From: an uncultured Verrucomicrobiota bacterium | GTDB lineage: Bacteria > Verrucomicrobiota > Verrucomicrobiia > Limisphaerales > CAZVRY01 | DNA: 27,555 nt | Direction of reading: 5' to 3' | Assembly (NCBI GenBank): GCA_964629545.1 | Contig: CAZVRY010000069.1 | Location: forward strand, 1-27,555 | Part shown: positions 9,401 through 16,678 of the stretch, one piece after another | Position numbering within the stretch: position 1 is the stretch's first letter | How the letters are laid out: every line of letters begins with the position of its first letter | Program-made: the position numbers and the translations under genes | Notes under the pieces: model-generated | Seen by the model: only the letters and a program-made list of their open reading frames with translations | Databases searched by the model: none | What the model was told of the DNA's origin: nothing

Positions 9401-12181
9401 GACCTCCTGATCCCACACGTCCCGGATGGCCAGCAGTTCCTCGTCGCGAATCGGCTCGAAGTATTTCGTGCTCGTGAGGTGCAGACACGGCCCCTCCTGG
9501 CGGAGCACCACCGTGAGGTCGAGGGGCTGGGTATTGATGTTGAACCGGTGGCGCCCGAGTTGGATCACGGCCGCCCCGCCCACGAAGAGTTCCTGCCGGT
9601 CCTTGAGTTGGCGCACGGCCTCCTGCTGCACGCTCTTGAGCCGACCCTGCAAATCATCCGCCTTGATCGAGTCCCCCAAGGCCAGCAGGGCGGCGATGAT
9701 CTCGCGGACCTTGGCGATCATGAGGTCCGAGGCCATGTAGGTGTTGATTTCCTCCACCCGCTGGAAGGTGCCCAGCCGGTTCTGGATCACCTTGAGGATC
9801 CGCTCCGCCGCGGTCATTTGGGCGGACGCCTTGCGGTTGCGCTGTTCGACCAGCGCCACTTTCCGCTGCTCGAAGGCCTCGTAGAGCGACGCCCGCTTCT
9901 CCGAAAGCTGGACCGTGTATTCCTCGAAATCGGCGAAGGCCCCCTCGAGTTCCTCCAGTTGCACCGTGATGCGGTTCAGGTACTCGTCGCACTTGGCCGG
10001 GGTGTCGCAGAGGTCCAGGTAACTCGAGGCCGACTGCCCCAGCAGTTTGACCTGGGCCGCAAACTGGGCCGCTCCCTCGCTCGCCACCAGCGCTTGCAGC
10101 CGCTTCTTCAGCCCCGCCTTGACCTGGTTCAGGGTGGCGTAAATCGAGGTGATGCCGTCGATGATCCGGGTCGCCTCGGTCGCGTCCTCGATCCGGAGGC
10201 TGTTCACGATCTCGATCAGCATCTCGAGCTCGCCCCCCGCCTCCGCCACCGCTTTCTCGATCTTCCGTCCCTCCGCCACTTTGCCGACCTGGTCGACGGC
10301 GGCCAGGTGTTCCTGGGCCTGCTTGCGATACGGTTCGAGCGCCTCGGGTTTGAGCAGGAACGTGACGCAGGCGCGGGCCAGTTCCTCGCCTTGGGCCACC
10401 ACCGTCCCCTCGAGCGCGTCCACCTGCGCCAGGTCGACGTAGCGCGCTTCCTTCAACGTGATGAGCTCGCCGCGCAGGTGGCGGAGGGCGGCCAGGTTGA
10501 CCACGAACTCGTTCAGCGTGCGGAAGCTGGCCCGGCGGATGGTGTGGCCGCGCTCCTCGCAACGGCGCCGCGCGTCCTGCACCCGCTGGATCGCCTCGCG
10601 CTGGAGGCGGCGCACCTTGTCGAACTCCTCCACCGCTTGATCGGCGGTCTGGCGCACCTGGCGCAGCGACTCGTGCAGCCCGAAGCCCTCCTCGCTGGCC
10701 AGCCACGGATAGGCGTCCAACATCGTGCCGCACCGCCGCACAACGTCCGCATACAACTCGGCATAGGGGGTCGGCCGGCCGATCAGGGTCAGCACCTCGT
10801 TGCCCTCGGCCAGACAGCGCACCACGTCCTTGTTTCCCACCTGGTAGAGGAAGGCCTTGCGCTGGCCCTCGGGCTCATAGCCGGGCTGGAAGAACGGCGT
10901 CTGCCGCAACTGGATCGTGTGATGCTTCTGCGGTTCCTCGTCGCCCCGGAACAACAGCAGGTGGCCATCGGCGAAGAGGGAGAACCCGTGGCAGGTGATG
11001 CGCTCCTCGACCTTCTGCGTGATCAGCCGGTAGGGCATCAGCACGTAGAGCCCCGATTCGCGATGGTAGAAGACGAAGAGCGAATCCTCCCCGCCCGGCC
11101 CGTGGACCACCCGCTCGAGGCGGAGATTCTGCTCGCGGCTCTCGAACCGCTTGAGCTCGCCGGTCCCGAGGTAGTAGCCGTCCGGGAAGATCAGCCCATG
11201 CCCCTCCGGCAGGAGCGCGCACGATTGGCCGATCGTGTCCACCCGCACGACCGTCTGCTGCTTCTCGTTGAAGATGAAATGCCGCGCCACCTCCTCCTTG
11301 TAGGGGCGCACCCGCAGCAGGATCAGGTGCTCGAAGATGGCGTAGGCGATCTCGGCGTCGTCCACCTTCTGGTTCGCATCGTCCACCGGCTCCGAGTAAA
11401 TCCCCTCCCCCGTGCTGGTGTTGTCCTCCACCTTGATGGTCAGGTCGCCGCTCACGCACTCCACGAACAGGCGGTCCTCGATCGAGACATGCGGATGGTC
11501 CCCGTAGCGGAACGACTCGCGGTCGGGGGTTTGCCAGCGGAACTCGTGCCGGGGCGGGAAGCCGATTTTTCGGAACTCGGTCTCGGCCCGGCTGTCCAGG
11601 AACCGGAGTTGTCCGCCCTGGAAGGCCCATTTGAAGACGGCCACGTCCTCCAGGCCCGCCCCCACCTGGAACACCATGTAGAGCTTGCCCTCGATGAGCG
11701 AGAACTTGGCGAACGCCGCCCGCTCATAGATGTTGTAGAGGCGCTTGAAGTCGGTGAGGAAGGTCCGGTCCTGGAGGGGCGCCAGTTCGGCCTCCTTGAA
11801 GGCCCCCGACTCGGCATCGCGCTGGTAAATCGCGAACACGTCGCCCAGCTCGATCTCCTTCTTGAGCCCGAACTGGACGTTGAAGCCGAAGAGGAACCGC
11901 CCCCGCCCCAGCGGCACCATGTCGCGCGGGACACAGTTGTGCGCGGTGGTCACGCGGTCGGACTGGAGCAGTTTGAACTCCACCGACCCGAAGACCTCGC
12001 GGCGCCGCGCATCCAGCCGGGCCATCCCCTCCCGCAGGGCCGTGCCCTGCACTTGCAGCCGTTGCCGGATGATCTCGTAGGTGGCGCTGCCGAGGGCCTG
12101 CGCCGGCGAGGGGGCCGCGGGGGCCGCCGCCGGGGCCGCCGCCTCCGCCGACCCAGCGGGCTGAGGAGCCGGATCCGCCAT
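6485..12181 (-). CDS. Giant (1898 aa) multidomain P-loop AAA+ ATPase with coiled-coil regions; function unknown
   Basis: ORF 6485..12181(-), ATG at 12181, 8 nt after the flotillin stop. Walker A LLLISPPGYGKTTLMEY (nt approx 8233-8253). Walker B VMLCVDDIQH (nt approx 8044-8062). Sensor-like VVVVMAGNPYTESG. Pro/Ala-rich N-terminus MADPAPQPAGSAEAAAPAAAPAAPSP. Long heptad-like helical stretches. Three imperfect approx 35-aa repeats VDLxPLxxxLEQLxxAV...P-rich encoded at nt approx 6890-7175. Confidence 0.85.
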   Translation of the reverse strand: MADPAPQPAGSAEAAAPAAAPAAPSPAQALGSATYEIIRQRLQVQGTALREGMARLDARRREVFGSVEFKLLQSDRVTTAHNCVPRDMVPLGRGRFLFGFNVQFGLKKEIELGDVFAIYQRDAESGAFKEAELAPLQDRTFLTDFKRLYNIYERAAFAKFSLIEGKLYMVFQVGAGLEDVAVFKWAFQGGQLRFLDSRAETEFRKIGFPPRHEFRWQTPDRESFRYGDHPHVSIEDRLFVECVSGDLTIKVEDNTSTGEGIYSEPVDDANQKVDDAEIAYAIFEHLILLRVRPYKEEVARHFIFNEKQQTVVRVDTIGQSCALLPEGHGLIFPDGYYLGTGELKRFESREQNLRLERVVHGPGGEDSLFVFYHRESGLYVLMPYRLITQKVEERITCHGFSLFADGHLLLFRGDEEPQKHHTIQLRQTPFFQPGYEPEGQRKAFLYQVGNKDVVRCLAEGNEVLTLIGRPTPYAELYADVVRRCGTMLDAYPWLASEEGFGLHESLRQVRQTADQAVEEFDKVRRLQREAIQRVQDARRRCEERGHTIRRASFRTLNEFVVNLAALRHLRGELITLKEARYVDLAQVDALEGTVVAQGEELARACVTFLLKPEALEPYRKQAQEHLAAVDQVGKVAEGRKIEKAVAEAGGELEMLIEIVNSLRIEDATEATRIIDGITSIYATLNQVKAGLKKRLQALVASEGAAQFAAQVKLLGQSASSYLDLCDTPAKCDEYLNRITVQLEELEGAFADFEEYTVQLSEKRASLYEAFEQRKVALVEQRNRKASAQMTAAERILKVIQNRLGTFQRVEEINTYMASDLMIAKVREIIAALLALGDSIKADDLQGRLKSVQQEAVRQLKDRQELFVGGAAVIQLGRHRFNINTQPLDLTVVLRQEGPCLHLTSTKYFEPIRDEELLAIRDVWDQEVVSENPDVYRAEYLAWQLLQHLGQGAAPVPAAPSELSAPARCRWAEALAKSEEERLVLVQEFMAGRYQEGYTKGVHDLDGAQIFQALLTTHVALQLARYHPAARACAVVYWLRFCPAETKSLWAAKLKGFAARNRLFPGDEVQRDYLAGLEGLLGGFVQDTGLFPPEVAAPAAEYLFYESITGDAFTVSDEAERLARAFRQHLVTKGSERTFVEARQALAASPASEWQLVRDWVRGFLLEQPAGLPFVEMVAALVFCGETMRYTVVQAGLRRELEGMKGVHGRIAGNRYTFDYLDYRRRLERFERAVAPRFTRFQQIKQRLLDRAREQLRLEAFKPRVLTSFVRNQLIDEVYLPLVGDNLAKQIGAAGDAKRTDLMGMLLLISPPGYGKTTLMEYLANRLGIIFVKVNGPALGHGVTSLDPEEAPNAAAREEIEKLNLALEMGDNVMLCVDDIQHCHAEFLQKFISLCDAQRKIEGVWQGRPRTYDLRGRKVVVVMAGNPYTESGQKFKLPDMLANRADTYNLGDIIGGSADRFKASYLENAITSNPVLAPLANKSQQDVRAFIQMAETGAREGIAFEASYSSQEVEEILAVMKKLVALREVVLRVNQEYIHSAAQADEFRTEPPFKLQGSYRNMNRLAEKVVAIMNDDEVRALLLDHYRNESQTLTTGAEANLLKFKTLFAWQTPEEQARWEAIKQTFQRNLLMGGGGQQDSVGRIVGQLANFQSGLQAIQETLDRQLAKAPTPVVVDLAPLSHGLEQLSAAVVQGLRTPPPPAAPPQVVVDWTPLGQALDRLGSALEQGRASPAALPPSPTPSLAVDLGPLAHQLEQLRAAVERNLASPATPPVLAREREGSMLAAQLQEGLRALREDLSRAITAVHTGSMAEKVSSLSHEMEMIHSTLATLKDAAVRQRDHLRNVEDLLVARAKQGTVEIELTQEMLTNERAFLERFHQALEQSQTPPPTPGPESRTGG

Positions 12182-12189
12182 GGCCAGCC

Positions 12190-14391
12190 TTAGCGCGAGA
12201 CCGTCTTCGCCAACACCGTGGTCGCGGCCGTCTCCGCCAACCCCTGCTCGCGGGCCAGGCCCAGCGCCGACTGCAACACCGCCTGCAACCCCTGGTCCGC
12301 CGTCGAGGCCATCAGCTTGGTCAGCAGCGCGGCGATGGTCAGGTTTTTCAGGTCCTCCGATTTAAGGCCGAAGTCGGCCACCCACTGCCGGAGCTGCGTC
12401 TTGAAGCGCTCGGGATCGCCGGTGAAGAAGGTGTTCTTGATGTCGGTGAGGGTGCCGCTGCTGGCCACCAGCCGGTCCACCGCCTTGCCGCCGCTGACCG
12501 CCTTCACCACCTTCTCGAAGAAGTCGTTCTCGCCGCCCACGATCTCGATGTGCGCGCTCTTGAGCGCCTCGCCGACCAGGGCCGAGTGGGCCGAGGCGAT
12601 GTCGCGCTGGACGTGGATGGCGGCCAGTTCGACGTCGCGCTCCTTGGCCAGGCGGAGCCGGAATTCCTCATGCTGCTGACCGGCCTCGTGCAGGAGCTTC
12701 ATGGACTTGGCCTTCTCCTCGATGCCCTTGGCCTCGGCCAACATCTTGGCCTCCGTGCCCTTGGCCTCGGCCAGGAGCTTCGCCTCGATGCCCGTCGCCG
12801 TCGCCAACTCCTTGTCCTTGGTCCCTTCGGCCTCCGCCTCGGCCTGGCTCTGCGTCACCTCCGCGGTGGAATCGCCCTTGGCCTTGATGACCTCGGCCTC
12901 GGCCAGCCCCAGCTCCTTGATGGCCGACGCATCCGCCTTCTTGGCCCCGGCCTTGGCCGTGATCACCTTGGCCTCGGCCAGCCCGGGGGCCGCTTCCTTG
13001 GCGGCAAACCCCTCGGCCTCCTGCTCCATCGCGTGCCGGCGGCGCTCGGACGCCTTGGCCTCCGCGTCGGCCAGCGTCTGGATGCGCTCCGCCTCCCGCA
13101 GCGCCGCCTCGCGGGCGGCCTCGGCCTCGATGACCGTCTTGATCTTGGCCGCCTCGGCCAGGTTGCGGTCCGCCTCCTTCTGGGCCTCCGCGGCCACCAC
13201 TTTCTCGACCTGATCCCGCTTGGCGTTCATCTCCGCCTCGATCAACGTCACCTCGCGAACCCGCTCGGCCGTCATCCGCGCCTCGATGTTGGTCTTCTCC
13301 TCCTGCTGCTGCACGACGGCTTTCTGTTCGGCGACGACGATGGCGCGCTTCCGTTCCACTTCGACTCCGGCTTCGGCCACCTTGGCCTCCTTCTCCATCT
13401 CGGCCAGCGCCACGGCGCGCTCGCGGCGGACCCGGGCCTGGTCGCCTTCCTGAATCGATTCCTGCTCGAGCCGCTGCTTCTCCTTCTTGACCGTGTATTC
13501 GCGCTCCTGGACGGCCCGGTTCATGTCCTCGGTCCGCAGCCGGATCGACTCCTCGGCCTCGAGGCGTTTGCCCTCGACCTCCTGGCGGCGGCCCTCGATG
13601 ACCTTGCGCGCCTCGGCCTCCTCGTTGGCCTTGACCTCGGTGATGGCCCGCGTCTGCTTGGCCGTGTCTTCCTCGTTGCGCCGCTTCTGCTCGCGCCGGG
13701 CAATGTCGGCGTCGGCGTTCTCCTTCTCGATCTGCACGCCCGCCCGCTGCGAATGCTCGTTGGCGATGACCCGTTCGCGCTGGGTGATTTCGGTGATTTT
13801 CTTGATGCCCTCGGAATCGAGGACGTTGTTGGGGTCGTGCTGGTCGAGCGGCGTCTGTTCGAGGTAGTCGATGGCCACGTCCTGGAGGAGGAACCCGTCC
13901 AGGTCCTTGCCGATCGTGTTTTGGATCTGGTCGCGGAACTTGATGCGCTCAGTGAACAGCTCGTGGAACTCCATCTGTTTGCCCGCCGTCTTGAGCGCCT
14001 CGGAGAACTTCGCCTCGAACAGTTCGCGGAGCTGGGAGATGTCCGACACCCGCTCCGGCGTCAGCATCTGCGCCACTTTCCGCACGCACTCCTCGTTGGC
14101 ATCCACCCGGATGTAGAACGCCACAATGATGTCGGCGCGGATGTTGTCCTTGCAGACCAGGCCGTCCTTCCCCTTGCGCTGGATCTCGAGCTTCTTCACC
14201 GAGATGTCGACGATGTGATAGGTCTGGACCATCGGGACCCGCACCATCCAGTCGAACGCCACCTTCAGCCCGCCCCAGCCCGTCTTCACGCCGGCCCGGC
14301 CCGGCTCGATCTTGCGAATGCAGAACAAGGACAGCGCGGCGGCACAGGCGCCGGCCACCAGCACGAAACCGCCAAGGAGATAGGGCCACAT
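12190..14391 (-). CDS. Flotillin-family SPFH/band-7 protein (YqiK/FloT-like), 733 aa: N-terminal TM helix, SPFH domain, long Glu/Ala-rich coiled-coil (EA-repeat) region and conserved flotillin C-terminus
   Basis: ORF 12190..14391(-). N-terminal TM MWPYLLGGFVLVAGACAAALSLF. SPFH motifs GVKTGWGG...YHIVDISVKKLEI...GKDGLVCKDNIRADIIVAFYIRV, which resemble E. coli YqiK. EA repeats AEAKVITAKAGAKK...LAEAKGTEAKMLAEAKGIEEKAK. The overlapping plus-strand ORF 12550..14397 is an antisense artefact. Confidence 0.9.
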   Translation of the reverse strand: MWPYLLGGFVLVAGACAAALSLFCIRKIEPGRAGVKTGWGGLKVAFDWMVRVPMVQTYHIVDISVKKLEIQRKGKDGLVCKDNIRADIIVAFYIRVDANEECVRKVAQMLTPERVSDISQLRELFEAKFSEALKTAGKQMEFHELFTERIKFRDQIQNTIGKDLDGFLLQDVAIDYLEQTPLDQHDPNNVLDSEGIKKITEITQRERVIANEHSQRAGVQIEKENADADIARREQKRRNEEDTAKQTRAITEVKANEEAEARKVIEGRRQEVEGKRLEAEESIRLRTEDMNRAVQEREYTVKKEKQRLEQESIQEGDQARVRRERAVALAEMEKEAKVAEAGVEVERKRAIVVAEQKAVVQQQEEKTNIEARMTAERVREVTLIEAEMNAKRDQVEKVVAAEAQKEADRNLAEAAKIKTVIEAEAAREAALREAERIQTLADAEAKASERRRHAMEQEAEGFAAKEAAPGLAEAKVITAKAGAKKADASAIKELGLAEAEVIKAKGDSTAEVTQSQAEAEAEGTKDKELATATGIEAKLLAEAKGTEAKMLAEAKGIEEKAKSMKLLHEAGQQHEEFRLRLAKERDVELAAIHVQRDIASAHSALVGEALKSAHIEIVGGENDFFEKVVKAVSGGKAVDRLVASSGTLTDIKNTFFTGDPERFKTQLRQWVADFGLKSEDLKNLTIAALLTKLMASTADQGLQAVLQSALGLAREQGLAETAATTVLAKTVSR

Positions 14392-14601
14392 AGGTGAGGT
14401 GGGTTCAGGATGTTCGAGTCGTTAGCATGGCTCCATCCCGGCCGCTCCCGCGCAACGCCCGCCCCGGCGAACGACCGGATGAGTTGTGACGCTCCCTGAA
14501 GTAGCAAACGCCCGCCAACCGGGCCAATACAATTCTCGCGCGTTTTTCCCACCGCCCCCCGGCTCCCGGGCGGCCGCTGCGCTCCGCCGCGCCCCCGCCC
14601 C

Positions 14602-15906
14602 CTACATCCGCAACACCAGGGCGGCCAGGCCCAGGAAGAAGAAAAACCCGGCCACGTCCGTCACCGTCGTGAGGAATATGCTCGAAGCCAGCGCCGGATC
14701 GACCCGGCACGCCCGCAGGCCCAGCGGGATCAAGACCCCCGAGAGCGCAGCCGCCACCTGGTTGAGCACCATGGCCGCCCCCGCCACCAGGCCCAGCGCG
14801 AGGCTGCCTTTCCAGAGATAACCCGCCAGCCCCACGATCAGCCCAATGGCCAGGCCGTTCGCCCAGCCCAAAATCAGCTCCTTGCCCAGCGCGCGCCGGC
14901 CCTCCCCGGGCGGCAGTTCGCCCAGGGCCAAATCGCGAATGATAATCGTCAGCGTTTGCATCCCGGCGTTCCCGCCCTGGCCGGCAATGATCGGCAGGAA
15001 AATCGCCAGCGCGGTCCACTGCGCGATCGTGCTCTCGAACACCCCCACCACCGCCGCCGCCGCAAAGGCGGTCCCCAGATTCACCAGCAACCAAGGCAGA
15101 CGCCGCCGCAGCGACTTCGTCCACGGCGTCAACACCCGCTCCTCCCCGGACAAACCAACCATCAACTGCATGTCCTCGGTCGCCTCCTTGCGGGCAATCT
15201 CCAGGGCGTCGTTGGCCTTGACCACCCCCACCAACCGCCCCTCCGCATCCAGCACCGGCAACCCCAGGTAATGATAATGCTCGAACTGCCGGGCCAGTTC
15301 CTCCTGGTCCGCCTCCACCCGCACCGCCTTCACCTCCCGATTCATGATCTCGCGCAACCGCCGGTCGGGCCGCCGAAAGACCAGGTCCCGCAGGCTGACG
15401 ATGCCCACCAGCCGCTGCTCCGCGTCGGTCACGTAAAGGTAGGCGATGTCCCGAGAGGGCGCGTCGGCTTCCCGGCGACGCAGCACCTCGCGGGCCTGCT
15501 CGATCGTCATGTCCTCCGCCAGCGCGATGAAGCGATTGGCCATGATCCCCCCGGCTGTGTCCTCAGGATAACGCAGGAGCGTCCGCACCGCCCCGGCCTG
15601 CTCCGCCCCCAAGCGGGCCAAGACCTCCCGACGCAACCCCGGCGGCGCCTCCTGGAGCACGTCGACGGCGTCCTGCGGGGGCATGCGCTGAAGGAACTGG
15701 GCCAGGGTGGCGGGTTCCATGGCGGCCACCAGGCCGCCGACCTGTTCCTGGTCCACCTCGGCCAGCGTGGCGGCCGCCTGCTCGGGAGGCAACTGTCCCA
15801 GCACCCGGCCGGCTTCCTCCGTGCTTAAGCGCTGCAAATGATCGGCCAGGTCCGCGGCATGCAGGCCCTGGCACTGTTCCAGCGTCAGCGGTTCGAGTTC
15901 GCTCAT
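14602..15906 (-). CDS. mgtE: Magnesium transporter MgtE (N-domain, CBS pair, 5-TM channel domain)
   Basis: ORF 14602..16011(-). The track start runs 35 codons into a MITE (peptide ...PSFKMRMADPRV). The true start is most likely MSELEPLTLEQ at nt 15906 (plus-strand CAT 15904-15906). MgtE hallmarks are GGIMANRFIALAEDMTIEQAREVLRR, the CBS region and the C-terminal TM region with GQGGNAGMQTLTI. Confidence 0.9.
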   Translation of the reverse strand: MSELEPLTLEQCQGLHAADLADHLQRLSTEEAGRVLGQLPPEQAAATLAEVDQEQVGGLVAAMEPATLAQFLQRMPPQDAVDVLQEAPPGLRREVLARLGAEQAGAVRTLLRYPEDTAGGIMANRFIALAEDMTIEQAREVLRRREADAPSRDIAYLYVTDAEQRLVGIVSLRDLVFRRPDRRLREIMNREVKAVRVEADQEELARQFEHYHYLGLPVLDAEGRLVGVVKANDALEIARKEATEDMQLMVGLSGEERVLTPWTKSLRRRLPWLLVNLGTAFAAAAVVGVFESTIAQWTALAIFLPIIAGQGGNAGMQTLTIIIRDLALGELPPGEGRRALGKELILGWANGLAIGLIVGLAGYLWKGSLALGLVAGAAMVLNQVAAALSGVLIPLGLRACRVDPALASSIFLTTVTDVAGFFFFLGLAALVLRM

Positions 15907-15960
15907 GCCCCGAGCTTGGCAAGAAGTCGAGCCCTTGGGAAGGACCCGGACCCGCGGATC

Positions 15961-16103
15961 AGCCATTCTCATTTTGAAACTCGGACGGCCCCTCACCCGG
16001 CCTTTGGCCACCCTCTCCCCGCGCCTTTTATGCCAGAAGGCAGCCGAGGCGCGGGGAGAGGGAAGGGGAGAGGGGGACTTCTTCTTTCAAAATGAGAATT
16101 GCT
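15961..16103. repeat. MITE-like palindromic repeat, copy R2 (family B): near-perfect 19-bp terminal inverted repeats AGCCATTCTCATTTTGAAA / TTTCAAAATGAGAATTGCT enclosing the internal palindrome CCCTCTCCCCGCGCC...GGCGCGGGGAGAGGG
   Basis: Terminal inverted repeats (TIRs) and the internal palindrome are read directly. The element is flanked by the 10-bp direct repeat CCCGCGGATC (15951-15960 and 16105-16114). This could be a target-site duplication or part of a tandem unit. Confidence 0.65.
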
Positions 16104-16114
16104 GCCCGCGGATC

Positions 16115-16235
16115 AGCCATTCTCATCTTGAAAGGAGGACTCCCCTCTCCCCTTCCCTCACGCCCCCTGGGCTGCCGTCGGCGGTCAACGGCGCGGGGCG
16201 AGGGTGGCCAGTGGCCGGGTGAAGGGCTCTTCAAA
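16115..16235. repeat. Second, tandem, partly truncated family-B MITE-like copy (R3)
   Basis: Starts AGCCATTCTCATCTTGAAAGG. The interior gagggtggccagtggccgggtgaagggctcttc is the reverse complement of the R2 interior cggcccctcacccggcctttggccaccctc, and the internal palindrome is ccctcacgcccc...ggggcgaggg. The right terminus is degenerate (cttcaaagg). Confidence 0.5.
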
Positions 16236-16267
16236 GGCCGAGACAACGATGATGCAACCGTCTCTCG

Positions 16268-16678
16268 ATGCGTGAGCGGATTTGCGAATCGACGCACTGC
16301 GCTTATTGCTTGACGGACCCTGGATCGAGAACCTGGGTTGCGCCCCAAACCGCTGCGCAACATTGCCACCGCCTTGGGTCCTGGGTATCGTTGCCTCCAG
16401 TGAGCACTCACCGCCAAGCGTTCTGGGCCAGGCATCGGGGCTTGGTCTGGTCGAATCCGGACGCCACGGATGCCGTGCACATCCGGGCGGCGTTGCTGCA
16501 CCCTCGTTTCAGCCAATTGCTCGCGATTGCCGCGGAATTCGGGCCGCCGCGGTTGAGCAGGGAATGGGCCGCACTGAGTGCGGAAATGCCCGCGGAGACA
16601 AACCGCGTGCGTCCCGCGGTCGAGCGTGCGCTCCGCAATATCGAGAAGGGATTCGCGGATGCTGCTGCCCGACACTGA
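16268..16678 (+). CDS. Possible AbiEi-like antitoxin/regulator partner of the downstream AbiEii toxin. The start is uncertain and the protein is probably shorter than the 136-aa track ORF.
   Basis: The ORF ends 20 nt inside the start of the AbiEii-family gene, the short overlap typical of toxin-antitoxin pairs. It lies in a lower-GC stretch. The N-terminal 50 residues of the track ORF look non-protein-like, and I recognise no wHTH motif. Confidence 0.3.
   Translation: MRERICESTHCAYCLTDPGSRTWVAPQTAAQHCHRLGSWVSLPPVSTHRQAFWARHRGLVWSNPDATDAVHIRAALLHPRFSQLLAIAAEFGPPRLSREWAALSAEMPAETNRVRPAVERALRNIEKGFADAAARH

Noticed and set aside
14392-14601. GC-rich imperfect hairpin (ccgcccgggagccggggggcgg) between mgtE and the flotillin gene, considered as a terminator
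   Set aside because: On the relevant minus strand the stem is followed by an A-run, not a U-run. On the plus strand the T-run precedes the stem. No evidence for an intrinsic terminator, so mgtE and the flotillin operon may be separate or co-transcribed; this is undetermined.
14602-16011. 35-codon N-terminal extension of mgtE (MAKGRVRGRPSFKMRMADPRV...), plus similar repeat-derived peptides in ORFs 16028..16675(-), 17999..18364(-) and 23667..24374(+)
   Set aside because: These extensions are translations of the MITE repeats, and the same peptide recurs wherever the repeat occurs. For mgtE the conserved protein begins at the internal Met at 15906.
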